Below, in pieces: positions 1 to 11,237 of a stretch of DNA of 64,000 bases. How positions within the stretch are numbered: the stretch's first letter is position 1; each line of letters opens with the position of its first letter. The stretch is taken from positions 576,001 to 640,000 of the forward strand of contig CAWAUV010000005.1 in assembly GCA_963785305.1 (NCBI GenBank), read 5' to 3'. Below the pieces are notes generated by a model. That model was not told where the DNA came from and did not search any database. It saw only the letters and a list, made by a program, of their open reading frames with translations. Made by a program: the position numbers and the translations under genes. Source of the stretch: an uncultured Planctomycetaceae bacterium. Its GTDB lineage: Bacteria > Planctomycetota > Planctomycetia > Pirellulales > PALSA-1355.

Positions 1-643
1 GATCCGCACGATAAATGCTAGCCTGATCGACGTACAATCCCGCTGGCAAGCCGTGTCGGCGGACATAACGGCCAAACGTTTCTTGTGCCGCCTCCAACGT
101 CTCGGCTTCGAAGAACCGGGCGTAAATCGCGCCCGTCGCGTCGTCGATGATGACCATCAGCACGGCCCAGCCGCGGCGTCCCTCGAACCAGTCGTGATGC
201 GAGCCGTCCATCTGCTCCAAGTCGCCAAGCCGCGGACGCCGCGGTCGGCGGCGGCGGTGCTTGGCCCGCCGTCGCTCCCGGGTCCACAGTCCCGCCGCAA
301 GCAACCACCGCCGCAACGAGCCCGCCGAAACCCGCAAGCCGTCTTCGCTCGCCAGGCATTCGGCCGCCAAGGTCGGCCCGTAGTCCGCGTATTTCTCTCG
401 AAACAGCTCCAACGCCCGCTCCCGTTGCTCGCTCCGCCGGCCACGGTTGCTAGCACGGCCACGCAGGCCATGCGACAAGCCGGCCGTCCCATCTCGCTGG
501 TAACGAGACCACGACCGCTTGGCCTGGCGATAGCTGATCTTCAACTGCCGCGCCGCCTCGCCCAAACTCCAACTCTTATCCAGCACGCGACCAAACGCGG
601 CCAAACGCCGCAACTCCTTGACGCTCATCGTCCATGTCTCCAT
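1..643 (-). CDS. DDE transposase, N-terminal part (partial)
   Basis: Starts METWTMSVKELRRLAAFGRVLDK after GGAGG; contains QMDGSHHDWFEGR and IDDATG as in copy 2. Confidence 0.85.
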   Translation of the reverse strand, partial: METWTMSVKELRRLAAFGRVLDKSWSLGEAARQLKISYRQAKRSWSRYQRDGTAGLSHGLRGRASNRGRRSEQRERALELFREKYADYGPTLAAECLASEDGLRVSAGSLRRWLLAAGLWTRERRRAKHRRRRPRRPRLGDLEQMDGSHHDWFEGRRGWAVLMVIIDDATGAIYARFFEAETLEAAQETFGRYVRRHGLPAGLYVDQASIYRAD

Positions 644-722
644 CGCCGCCTCCTTTCGAGGCCGCGACAATGGGGACATTTCTAATGAACGCCTATGGGG
701 ACATTTCTATTGGCGCATGACA
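1..722 (-). mobile_element. ISNCY/IS1202-like insertion sequence, copy 1 (left part; runs off the window edge)
   Basis: Reverse complement is near-identical to the first ~710 bp of the element starting at 6052; terminus TGTCATGCGCCAATAGAAATGTCCCC with two GGGGACATTTCTA motifs. Confidence 0.9.
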
Positions 723-789
723 TCGGCCCGTGCTCGGCCCTTGACACTCTCCGTCGGCGGCGCCACGCTCTGGGGCGGAGCAATCTCGG

Positions 790-2875
790 ATGAATGAACA
801 TTTGAAGCTCGTGCTCGAAGGCGTCGCGCTGCTCGCGATTTCCGGTTTGCCCGGTCTGCTCGCGCCGCGACGCAATCGCGCCGGCCAAGCCATCGCCACG
901 CTACTCGCCGCGCCAGGCTGTATCGCCGGGCTCATCGGAACCCTAGGTTCACTCGGCTCGGGCTCGATCCATCGCTTCGGCTCCTCGGAATATTGGCGGG
1001 CGCCGCTGGGTGGGTTCGTGATCGAGCTCGACGCGCTCACCTGCGTGTTTCTCTTGCCGGTGTTCGTGATCACGCTCGTCGGCTCGCTCTACGGCCTCGG
1101 CTACTGGCGCCAAAACGAGCATCCCGAAAACGCCGCGCGGCTCCAATTCTTTTATGGCCTCTTGGCCGCGGCGCTGGCAATGGTGACCCTGGCCCGCGAC
1201 GGGGTGTTGTTTCTCGTGGCCTGGGAGATCGTCGCCCTGTCGTCGTTCATGCTGATCAATAGCGAAGACGAACAAGAGGAAACTCGCTCGGCCGCATGGC
1301 TCTATCTGGCCGCGAGCCATGTGGCTGCGCTCGCGCTATTTGCCATGTTCTCGCTGCTTCGCGACGTTAACGGTTCGTTTGCCTTGGCGACCGTGGCGCC
1401 GGGCGCGGCCTCGCCGGGACAACTCCACGCGTTGTTTTTTCTGGCGCTCTTGGGCTTCGGGCTCAAGGCCGGCGTGATGCCGCTGCATGTCTGGCTACCC
1501 CCGCGCATGCCGCGGCGCCGAGCCATGTGTCGGCGATCATGTCGGGAGTGGTCATCAAGATGGGCATTTATGGCCTGGTGCGCGTGACCGGCCTGCTGCC
1601 CACCGCGCCCATCGCCTGGGGCTATGTGCTGGTGACGCTCGGCGCCGTGTCGGGCATTGTTGGCTTGGCGATGGCGCTGGGCCAATCCGATCTGAAACGC
1701 GCGCTCGCCTATGGCAGCGTGGAAAACATCGGCGTTATTTTCATGGGCCTCGGCCTCGCGCTTTGCGGACGCGCGGCCGAACAGCCCACTTGGATCGCGC
1801 TCGGTCTGGGCGGCGCGCTGCTCCATGTGTGGAATCATGCGCTCTTCAAGCCGCTCTTGTTCTTCTCCGCCGGCTCGGTCGTGCATGCCGCCGGCACGCG
1901 AAATATCAACCTGCTCGGCGGACTCGTGAAAGCGATGCCCTGGACCAGCTTGGCTTTCTTGATCGGAGCGCTCGGCGCCTGCGCGCTTCCGCCGCTCAAC
2001 GGCTTCACGAGCGAACTGCTTATTTATCTCGGAATTTTCCACACGCTGGTCGATCGGGCCAAGGACCACTTGTCGCTGTTGGCCTTCGCCGCTCCAGCCT
2101 TGGCATTTATCAGCGCCCTGAGCTTGGCGCTCTTCACGCAACTGTTCGGAGTGACATTTCTCGGCGCGGCCCGAGGGGTAAACGCCGAGCGGGTTCATGA
2201 GTCGCCCGGCACGATGTTGGTTCCGCTCGCGCCGCTGGTGGCGCTGATGGCGTGGATCGGCGTCGCGCCCACCACGTCGATCGGCTCGGCCGATGTCGCG
2301 GCCATATCGATATCTTTCGCGCCGGCGCGCCGTGGGGCATGGCGACGCGCCCCTCCGAACGCTCGGTGACCGGGGTGATCGATCGCGCGGTCGAAGGCTG
2401 GGCGCCGCGCCCGGCGGGCGAGCCGCGTCCGCCATCGCTGGCCGCGCTCGCGCCGCTCGACCGGTTGGGCGCCGTGGCCTCGCTCTTGATCGGCGGCGCC
2501 GCGGTGGTGGCGGTGGCCTATTGGCTGCGACTGCGTTCGGCGCCCTTGAGCCATGGCAAGACTTGGGACTGCGGCTACGCGCGCCCCACGGCCCGCATGC
2601 AATACACGGCGTCGGGCATGGGGCAAATTCTCACGCAGTTGCTCCGCGCCGTGCTGCGTCCGACCAGCGAGGGGCCCGATGTCGAGGGACTATTCCCCCG
2701 CTCCGGCCGTTTCCGCGTCGCGCCGCGCGATATGGTTCTCGACTTGGTCTTGCGGCCGTCGTTGCAATTTCTCGCGGCGCTCTTTTCGCGGCTGCGGCTA
2801 CGGCAGCAGGGCGTGGTGCAGGTTTATTTGTTGTATATCTTCGTGACGCTCGTGGCGCTCTTGGCGTGGGCTTAG
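790..2875 (+). CDS. hyfB: Hydrogenase-4 component B-like proton-conducting membrane subunit (split over three frames)
   Basis: FLVAWE, GFGLKAGVMPLHVWLP, KRALAYGSVENIG, LPPLNGFTSE, TWDCGY...RMQYTAS in ORFs 790-1587, 1527-2369, 2252-2875. Confidence 0.85.
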
Positions 2876-2928
2876 CCGTTGCCCCCCGGACGATCGCGCG
2901 GCGCGACGAACTGGAGTCGGATTTCAAG

Positions 2929-3834
2929 ATGGAGCGAACGCAACTTATCCTGCATGGCCTTGTCGCCTTGACACTGCCGCCGCTCCTGATCGGCGTCATC
3001 AACAAGACCAAGGCCAAGTTCGCCGGCCGCGTGGGTCCGCCCGTTTGGCAACCCTATCTCGAACTGGCGCGGCTCGTCCGCAAGGGAACCGTCTTCAGCC
3101 GCACGACTTCGTGGATCTTCCGGGCGGGGCCGATCGTGGGACTGGTGAGCGTGGGCGTCGCGGCTCTACTGGTTCCGCTTGGCTGTTCGCGAGCGCCGCT
3201 CGCATTTACCGGTGATATGCTCCTCGTGGTATCGCTTCTGGCGCTCGGGCGTTTCTTCGCCGTGGCCGCGGCGCTCGACACCGGTTCGGCGTTCGAGGGC
3301 ATGGGGGCGGCTCGCGAAGTGTCTTATGCGGCATTCGCCGAGCCAGGGCTCTTGCTCGGATTTCTGGTGCTCACTCGGCTCTCGGGGCACTTGGAGCTCG
3401 GGGAAATGTTGGGGAACCGCGGCGCGGCGGGGCTGGGCCTGGGTCAAGCCGCGATTGTGTTGGTCACGCTGAGTTGGTTCGTGATTCTGCTCGCCGAAAA
3501 CTGCCGCGTGCCGTTCGACGACCCCAACACGCATCTTGAGCTCACGATGATTCACGAAGTGATCGTGCTCGACCACAGTGGCCCGGCGCTGGCGATGATT
3601 CAATACGGGGCCTCGCTCAAGTTGATGCTCTTCGCGGCGCTCGTGCTCCGGCTGTTCGTGCCCTGGCGAAGCGCCGGCGGAGCGGGGGACTGGCTAGTGT
3701 CGATCGGGGCGCTCTTGCTCTTGGCGGTGGTCGTGGGAATCGTCGAGTCGATCATGGCGCGGCTTCGCTTGCTCGATATTCCGAAACTCTTGTTCGCGGC
3801 CGGAGCGCTGGCGCATTTGGACTCGTGCTGGTGA
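2929..3834 (+). CDS. hyfC: Hydrogenase-4 component C / NuoH-like membrane subunit
   Basis: GRVGPPVWQPY, DTGSAFEGMGAARE, ENCRVPFDDPNTHLELTMIHE; extreme C-terminus may be frameshifted. Confidence 0.88.
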   Translation: MERTQLILHGLVALTLPPLLIGVINKTKAKFAGRVGPPVWQPYLELARLVRKGTVFSRTTSWIFRAGPIVGLVSVGVAALLVPLGCSRAPLAFTGDMLLVVSLLALGRFFAVAAALDTGSAFEGMGAAREVSYAAFAEPGLLLGFLVLTRLSGHLELGEMLGNRGAAGLGLGQAAIVLVTLSWFVILLAENCRVPFDDPNTHLELTMIHEVIVLDHSGPALAMIQYGASLKLMLFAALVLRLFVPWRSAGGAGDWLVSIGALLLLAVVVGIVESIMARLRLLDIPKLLFAAGALAHLDSCW

Positions 3835-3838
3835 ATCA

Positions 3839-4538
3839 ATGACGGCGCCGCTCATCGAAACGATCGCGCTGCCCGGCGCTTCGACCGACGGCGCAAGCTC
3901 CCGGGCTCGAATTGCTCTTGGTGTTGGTGTTGCTCCTCAATTTTCTCTTGCTGGGAGCCACGCGGCTGCGGCCCGTGATCCATGCGGTCGCGTTTCAAGG
4001 CGCCGCGCTCGCGATTTCGTTGCTCGTGGTCGAAGGACCGGGCGCGGGGAGCGGGGTACTGATTACGGCGGTGGCCACGCTCGCGCTGCGCGGCGTGTTC
4101 ATTCCCTGGTTGCTGTTCTCCGCCATGCGCCGGGCCGATGTTCGCTGGCAAGTCGAGTCGATTCTGGGGCCGATCAGTTCACTATTCGTGGGGGTTTTGG
4201 CGACGGCCGCGGCGCTGCGCTTCGCCGAGCGCTTGCCGGTGGCCGGCGCCGAGCATCGTGGCCTCTTGATCCCCACGGCGCTCGCCACGGTGCTCACCGC
4301 GTTTATCATCTTGGTCTCGCGCAAGAAGGCGATTAATTTGGTGCTGGGCTATGTGGTGCTCGAAAACGGCATCTTCGTGTTCGGGCTGCTGCTGCTCGAG
4401 GCGATGCCGGCCCTGGTCGAGATCGGCGTGCTGCTCGATCTGTTCGTGGGCATCTTTCTCATGGGCATCATCATGCGCCACGTGGCCCGGCATTTCGAAT
4501 CGGCCTCGGTCGAACGTATCACGTCGCCGCGCGAATAG
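3839..4538 (+). CDS. hyfE: Hydrogenase-4 component E-like membrane subunit (start uncertain, probable frameshift near 3900)
   Basis: Hydrophobic ORF 3912-4538 with GYVVLENGIF and VEIGVLLDLFVG; lies between hyfC and hyfF. Confidence 0.8.
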
Positions 4539-4552
4539 GATTTGGGGATCGC

Positions 4553-6067
4553 ATGTTGACACTTTTGGTCGCGTTGCCGCTAGTCTTCGCGGCGATCGCG
4601 TTTTCAATCCCGTCGAACCGGTGGCGGCCCTGGGTGCTGCCGCTCGCCGCGTCGCTCGAGCTGGCGCTCGTGGGTCGGCTCGTGTTCATGGCCCCATCCG
4701 CCGTGGTTGTTTACGAACACGGCAAATGGCTGGCGTTCGATCCGCTCGGCGCCGTGTTCCTCCTGCTCATCGCCACATTGTTCTTTCTGGCGTCGGGCTA
4801 CGCGCCGGCGTATCTCGCCCTGCGATCGGATCGCGACAACCGCGTCTTTTGCGGCTGCGTGCTCCTGTCGCAAGGCATGATGACGCTCATCATTCTCTCG
4901 CATCATTTGGGCCTGTTGTGGGTGGCGCTCGAAGCGACCACGCTATCGACGGCGCCCGGCATCTACTTCAATCAAAACCCGAGAAGCTTGGAAGCGACTT
5001 GGAAGTATTTGCTGATCTGTTCGGTGGGCGTGGCGCTGGCGCTGTTCGGATCGCTGCTGCTGGCGTTTTCCGCGCTGGACGCGCGGGTCGACACCACGCT
5101 GCTGTTCGACGATCTGGTGCGCGAAGCGCCGCGACTCTCGCCGCCGTGGCTGCGGGCAGCCTTCATGATGTTGCTCGTGGGCTACGGCACGAAGATGGGC
5201 CTCGCCCCGCTGCATGCCTGGAAGCCGGAAACCTATAGCGAGGCGCCCGGCATGCTGGGCGCGCTCCTGGCCGGCGGCATGACAAGCTGCGCCTGCTCGC
5301 GATCTTGCGGTTCTATCAAATCCTGGTGGCGGCCGGAAAAATCGAAGTGGTGCAACCGGTGCTGATCGTGATGGGCATCGTGTCGATGTCGGTGGCGGCC
5401 GCATTCATGGCCCGGCAGAAGGATTTCAAACGCATGCTCGCCTTTTCGAGCGTCGAGCAAATGGGGATTCTGACGTTTGGCGTGGGCGTGGGCGGACCCG
5501 CGATTTACTTCACGCTGTTTCACATGCTCGGCAACGGGATCATCAAGCTGGCTCTTTCTGTCGGCCGGCAATATCCATCGCGCCTTCGACAGCAAATTCG
5601 TCGGCGAGACCCAAGGCGCCGCTCGGCGATTGCCGGTTTCGGGATGGGCGTTTTGGATCGCCTTTCTGGCCATCAGCGGAGCGCCGCCCTTCTCGCCGTT
5701 TTTGAGCAAATTGGGCATTGTTTCGGCCGCGTTCGCGGGCCGGCATTATCTGTCGGCCACCTTGTTTCTGGTCGCGATGGCCTTCGTGTTTCTGGCCATG
5801 GGGTGGCCGATGATGGGCCTTGTGTTCGGCAAACCAACGGCCCCGCCTTGCCAGACCCGGTTTCGCGATCAGGCGGGCACCATCTGGCCGATTCTCGTGG
5901 CCCTGGGACTCGTGGTCGGGCTCGGCGTGGCGATGCCGCCCGAGGTAAACCGCCTGTTGGTCGCGGCGAGCGACTATTTGGACCACCCCGGCGGCCAGCC
6001 GCCCGCGGCTGAGCGGGCGGAAACGCCGCCGAAAGATTCGCAACACGCCGATGTCATGCGCCAATAG
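4553..6067 (+). CDS. hyfF: Hydrogenase-4 component F-like membrane subunit (frameshifted; last codons run into the IS)
   Basis: WVALEATTL, SLEATWKYLLICSVG, GYGTKMGLAPLHAWKP, KRMLAFSSVEQMG, PPFSPFLSK across three frames. Confidence 0.85.
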
Positions 6068-7579
6068 AAATGTCCCCATAGGCGTTCATTAGAAATGTCC
6101 CCATTGTCGCGGCCTCGAAAGGAGGCTGCGATGGAGACATGGACGATGAGCGTCAAGGAGTTGCGGCGTTTGGTCGCGTGCTGGATAAGAGTTGGAGTTT
6201 GGCCGAGGCGGCGCGGCAGTTGAAGATCAGCTATCGCCAGGCCAAGCGGTCGTGGTCTCGTTACCAGCGAGATGGGACGGCCGGCTTGTCGCATGGACTG
6301 CGTGGCCGTGCTAGCAACCGTGGCCGGCGGAGCGAGCAACGGGAGCGGGCGTTGGAGCTGTTTCGAGAGAAATACGCGGACTACGGGCCGACCTTGGCGG
6401 CCGAATGCCTGGCGAGCGAAGACGGCTTGCGGGTTTCGGCGGGCTCGTTGCGGCGGTGGTTGCTTGCGGCGGGGCTGTGGACCCGGGAGCGACGGCGGGC
6501 CAAGCACCGCCGCCGCCGACCGCGGCGTCCGCGGCTTGGCGACTTGGAGCAGATGGACGGCTCGCATCACGACTGGTTCGAGGGACGCCGCGGCTGGGCC
6601 GTGCTGATGGTCATCATCGACGACGCGACGGGCGCGATTTACGCCCGGTTCTTCGAAGCCGAGACGTTGGAGGCGGCACAAGAAACGTTTGGCCGTTACG
6701 TCCGCCGACACGGCTTGCCAGCGGGATTGTACGTCGATCAGGCTAGCATTTATCGTGCGGATCGCGAGCCGACGCCGGAGGAGCTGGCCCGCGGAAAGCG
6801 GCCTGAAACGCAGTTCGGCCGGGCCATGCGCGAGCTGGACGTGGAACTGATCCTGGCCCGCAGCCCCCAGGCCAAAGGTCGCGTCGAGCGGGTCAACCGC
6901 ACGTTGCAAGATCGGCTGGTCAAGGCCTTGCGGCGATTCGGAATCAGCGACCTGACGAGCGCCAATGCGTTCTTGGAAGAGACGTTCCTGGGCGAGTTCA
7001 ATACACAATTCGGCCGATCGGCGGCCGACCCCAGCGACGCCCATCGGCCGCTGCCGGCGGGCGTGGACCTCGATCGGGTTCTCTCGGCGCGCGAACTGCG
7101 CACGGTGCAGTTCGACTGGACGATGCGTTGGCGAAACCGTTTCTTGCAATTGCCCGCCGAGTCGGCGCCTTTCGTCCAGCCCGGCCAGAAAGTGGAGGTG
7201 TGCCAACAGCCCGATGGGCGGCTGCGGATTTTCTCGGGCGGCCGCGAGTGGACTTGGACAGCGGCTGACGTTCGTCCGCCGGCGGGCGCAAGCGTCCGCA
7301 ACGGACCGGACCGACCGGTTCGAGCCAAGGCCAACGCCCAGCCGCCAACCACCCTTGGCGGGGCCGGAAACGCGCTCCCACGACCTTCCAAGAGCCCGAT
7401 CTTGTCGCCACCGGATGACGACCCCCCGGCCGCGAAAATTGGCTGCTATCACTCCGGCTCGCTAGCGCTCGCCTCCGTGATAGCAGCCAATTTTTCCTTT
7501 TCCAAAAACCCCCTCAACCCTTTAACCAACGGGGACATTTCTATTGAACGCCCAATGGGGACATTTCTAATGGTTGACA
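6052..7579 (+). mobile_element. ISNCY/IS1202-like insertion sequence, copy 2 (both ends present)
   Basis: TGTCA...TGACA termini; each end has two copies of TAGAAATGTCCCC or its complement (about 6064-6102 and 7531-7569). Confidence 0.9.
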
Positions 7580-7605
7580 ACAAGATTCGCAAAACGCCGG
7601 CTTGA
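6131..7605 (+). CDS. DDE transposase; lacks 10 bp near 6170 relative to copy 1, shifting the N-terminus
   Basis: QMDGSHHDWFEGR, IDDATG, LYVDQASIY, TQFGRAMREL, SPQAKGRVERVNRTLQDRL; 3' end uncertain because the ORF overruns the right terminus. Confidence 0.88.
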
Positions 7606-7629
7606 CGACCGGGGGCCGTTCGATAAAAT
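7602..7629 (+). promoter_or_regulatory. Sigma70-type promoter for rpsL-rpsG
   Basis: TTGACG-16 bp-TAAAAT, 53 bp upstream of the rpsL ATG. Confidence 0.6.
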
Positions 7630-7682
7630 GAGCGATTCCCTGGAAATTGATTCCACCCGACCCGAATTATTAAAGCGATTTC

Positions 7683-8051
<369 letters not shown>

Positions 8052-8181
8052 TTGAAGGGTTGATCGGAGTCGGCCCTCTCGATCGCCGGGCGGCGCGCGG
8101 CAGCTAATTTTTGCTGTCGGCGTGTTCCTCGGCGATCAACTCGTTTCCTTTCTCTTGATCGCATGCTTCGAGGTATTCGTC

Positions 8182-8652
8182 ATGGGTCGTATTACTGCCA
8201 GTCGTAAGAAGCTGACTGGAGATCCGCGGTTTGATTCGCTACTCGCCGGTAAATTCATCAATTGCCTGATGCACGACGGCAAAAAGAGTACTGCCCAGAG
8301 CGTGTTTTACGACGCGCTCGAGATTGTGCATAAGCGGCTGCCCGACGTGGAGCCGATCGAGGTCTTCACCCAGGCGCTCGAGAATGTGAAGCCGGCGATC
8401 GAAGTTCGGTCGAAGCGCGTTGGCGGCGCCGCCTATCAGGTGCCCATGCAAGTAAATCGGCCGCGGCAGCAGTCGCTGGCCATTCGCTGGATTCTCATGG
8501 CGGTGCGGGAGCGCAAAGGCCGGGCCACGCATGAGAAACTGGCCGACGAGCTCGTGGCCGCTTACAACCGTGAAGGCGCCGCGATCTCGCGCCGCGAAAA
8601 TGTTCACCGCATGGCCGACGCCAACAAGGCGTTTGCCCATTTTGCTTGGTAA
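8182..8652 (+). CDS. rpsG: 30S ribosomal protein S7
   Basis: [37 protein letters not shown]. Confidence 0.98.
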   Translation: MGRITASRKKLTGDPRFDSLLAGKFINCLMHDGKKSTAQSVFYDALEIVHKRLPDVEPIEVFTQALENVKPAIEVRSKRVGGAAYQVPMQVNRPRQQSLAIRWILMAVRERKGRATHEKLADELVAAYNREGAAISRRENVHRMADANKAFAHFAW

Positions 8653-8733
8653 GGCACTCGGCGCGCTGCCGATCTTCCCTGCCTACGGCAAGTATTCTAT
8701 CACAGCTCAAAATTGTGCGTTGAACACGCACTG

Positions 8734-8764
8734 GCAAGCCGTCGAGCGCCGCTCGACGGCTTGC
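8734..8764. terminator. Perfect inverted repeat between convergent rpsG and hemP, probable bidirectional terminator
   Basis: GCAAGCCGTCGAGCG-C-CGCTCGACGGCTTGC. Confidence 0.55.
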
Positions 8765-8804
8765 TTGCGTTTAGGGCTCGGCTCTCGAGCCTTCATCCGC
8801 GCGA

Positions 8805-9005
8805 TTATTTGCGCAAAATCAGCTTGCCATTTCGCGTCAGACTCAGCCGGTAGGCGTCAATGCCGTGGCGAATGATCACCTCGGGCTGACCTCGCAGTAG
8901 TTCGTGCGAATGCACTTCTCTGGGCGGCGGCCGAAGTTCGCCCGGGAAACTCGGCGGGGCTCCTGCCGCCTGGCACGCCGAGTCGTCGTCTGGAATCGAA
9001 ACCAT
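8805..9005 (-). CDS. hemP: Hemin uptake protein HemP family
   Basis: SHELLRGQPEVIIRHGIDAYRLSLTRNGKLILRK fits the HemP signature. Confidence 0.88.
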   Translation of the reverse strand: MVSIPDDDSACQAAGAPPSFPGELRPPPREVHSHELLRGQPEVIIRHGIDAYRLSLTRNGKLILRK

Positions 9006-9071
9006 GATTGTCGCGCTGCGCTCGGAAAACTATTGGAATGATCGCTGGGCTCGGACCCGATTTTTAATGTT

Positions 9072-9113
9072 GATGAGAATGAATGTCAACAGCTATTGAT
9101 TTGCAGTCTCATT
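9072..9113. promoter_or_regulatory. Two adjacent Fur-box-like sites upstream of hemP
   Basis: GATGAGAATGAATGTCAAC (9072-9090) and ATTGATTTGCAGTCTCATT (9095-9113) resemble AATGAGAATCATTCTCATT; a similar site lies near 9233-9251. Confidence 0.5.
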
Positions 9114-9332
9114 AATCCCGGAAATTATTGCGGCGAGCTCGCCTCCGCGGAGTTTCCGAATCGTGGGCCGCGGGTTCGTTCTGTTGCCCGAGGACACGAG
9201 GCGGTATTCTCAACGGAAACATGGGTCGGACGATTGACCCCAAGTCTCAACTCGCCGCGCCGGCGCTTGTGCGAGTCCGAAGGGTCGATTCGCGCGAGCC
9301 GCAATTTGCCCACTCAACCGAGCGAACTTTTC

Positions 9333-9935
9333 ATGACACGCGTGCTCATCACCGCGTTTGAGCCCTATGACCGCTGGACGACCAACTCCAGTTGGCTCGC
9401 GCTCGTCGAGTTCACGCGTGCCTTGCCGGAGCGTCCGAAGATCACGACCCGCCGCTATCCGGTCGACTTCGCGATCGTGAAACAGCGGCTCGCCGAGGAT
9501 TTGGCGGCCAATTTCGACTACGCGATTCTCTTGGGTCAGGCGCCGGGCGCCACTCGGGTGCAACTCGAAGCGATCGGACTCAATATCGGCGGAGCCCACG
9601 GCGCCGATCCCGGCGGCTATGCCCCGCTCACCGACGATGGGCCGGTCGCGTATCGCAGTCCCTTGCCATTGGCGACGATCGCGGCGCGGCTCCGGCAAAA
9701 TGGCGTTCCCGCGCAGGTCTCGTATCATGCCGGCACATATCTGTGCAATGCGGCGCTGTATTATGCCTGTTATTTGGCCGAACGGCTCGGGCTGCGAACT
9801 CAATCCGCGTTCGTGCATTTGCCGCTCGACTTTTCGCAAACGATCGGCTTCGCGGAAAACCTGCCGGCAATGCCGTCGTTGGTCTCGGCGCAAGCGCTGC
9901 GGACGATCGTCGAAACCCTGGTCGAAGAAGTTTGA
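9333..9935 (+). CDS. pcp: Pyroglutamyl-peptidase I (peptidase C15)
   Basis: VLITAFEPY, LGQAPG...LEAIGLN, SYHAGTYLCN, FVHLP. Confidence 0.92.
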   Translation: MTRVLITAFEPYDRWTTNSSWLALVEFTRALPERPKITTRRYPVDFAIVKQRLAEDLAANFDYAILLGQAPGATRVQLEAIGLNIGGAHGADPGGYAPLTDDGPVAYRSPLPLATIAARLRQNGVPAQVSYHAGTYLCNAALYYACYLAERLGLRTQSAFVHLPLDFSQTIGFAENLPAMPSLVSAQALRTIVETLVEEV

Positions 9936-10024
9936 GGCGCCCGTCGCGCCGCCGCCCTCGAAGACGTTTTCGACTCTTTGACGTCCCGATTTGCAAGCAA
10001 TCGCGAGAAGAAGACGAGGCCGCC

Positions 10025-10536
10025 GTGCAAAACGTAGTGATCGACAAGCCCTATGTTCCCGTTCCTCCGGCGCGGGGACGCTTTTGGCCGTGGCTGCTGC
10101 AAAAATGCGCGCGACCGTATTTGAATTCCGTGTTTGGCGTGACCGCGGTTCGCGTCGAGGGGCTCGAGCGGCTGAAGGCATCGCTCGTCGTGGGCGATGG
10201 CATCGTGTTGGCCCCCAATCACTGCCGGCCCTACGATCCGCTCGTCGCTCAGGAAATGGCAAGGCAGGCCGGCACGACGCTCTTCGTGCTCGCCAGTTGG
10301 CATGTGTTCATGCAAAACCGATGGCAAGCGTGGTTCATGCGGCAATCGGGCGCGTTCAGCATCTATCGCGAGGGCATGGATCGCACGGCCATGAACACCG
10401 CGATCGAGATCGTGGCCGGGGCCGAGCGACCGTTGCTGTTGTTTCCCGAAGGGGTGGTGAGTCGCACGAACGACCGGCTCGGCTCGCTCATGGAGGGCAC
10501 AAGCTTTATCGCCCGCGCCGCGGCGAAGCGGCGCGC
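10025..10536 (+). pseudogene. PlsC-like acyltransferase, apparently truncated at the island junction
   Basis: NHCRPYD (HxxxxD) and LFPEG; after ARAAAKRRA the sequence becomes the antisense of a nuclease gene. Confidence 0.7.
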
Positions 10537-11237
10537 CGGTTCGACTCGCTCCGGGCGCAAGCCACCGCCAAGCGATCGACCGTCGGCTGCTTGGTCTTCG
10601 AGATCACGGCGAATTCCAGCCGAACCGGCTTGCCGGGCATGAGGCGGCCCACGAGCTCGCTGTAGAGCAGCAGTTGCTCGGCGGCGGCGTCGGCTTGGTC
10701 CTGGCTCCAGCGGCCGCGCGAGGTCTTAAGATCCGTGACGACGAGTTCGGCCGGCGTGTCGATGAGCAAGTCAACGCGGGCCAGCAGGTCGGGACAGCCG
10801 GGCACGATCGCGCCGCGAAGTTCTTCCTCGACGCCGATGACCGTGCCCGCGGGCCGGGCCAGTTCGCTGGTCCGAAAAGCCCGCAGCATGCGCTCGGCGA
10901 GCCGGCCGAGCGTGTCGCGAGTTTCGTCCTTGCCGAAGAGAATCTCGCAGTCGCCGCGCTGATTCCAAGCGTCCTGATATTCGGCCAGCAGCAGGTCGAT
11001 GTCCGGCGGCGTCTCGCCGGCCATCAATCGATTGAAGTGCAGTTCTACGGCTTTGTGCATTGCGCCGCCGAAAATCAGGCCACTGGAAACGGTCGGCTCG
11101 GGCAGCCCGGCCACATAACGAAAGAAATAACGGAGCGGGCATGCCTGATACGTGCCGATCGCCGAATAACTGATATAGTTCCGGCCGGTCAGATTCTCGG
11201 CAATCAGGTTAGGCGCGGCTCGGTCGACGGTAATCAT
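10506..11237 (-). CDS. PD-(D/E)XK (RecB-like) nuclease, C-terminus apparently missing
   Basis: ISYSAIGTYQACPLRYFFRY, FGGAMH, RVDLL...VTDLKTS, QLLLY; no C-terminal Cys cluster visible. Confidence 0.8.
   Translation of the reverse strand: MITVDRAAPNLIAENLTGRNYISYSAIGTYQACPLRYFFRYVAGLPEPTVSSGLIFGGAMHKAVELHFNRLMAGETPPDIDLLLAEYQDAWNQRGDCEILFGKDETRDTLGRLAERMLRAFRTSELARPAGTVIGVEEELRGAIVPGCPDLLARVDLLIDTPAELVVTDLKTSRGRWSQDQADAAAEQLLLYSELVGRLMPGKPVRLEFAVISKTKQPTVDRLAVACARSESNRRAASPRRGR

Noticed and set aside
10506..11237. PD-(D/E)XK nuclease as a second cas4
   Set aside because: It is coupled to the MGE module on the far side of the array, and a typical cas4 already sits beside cas1.
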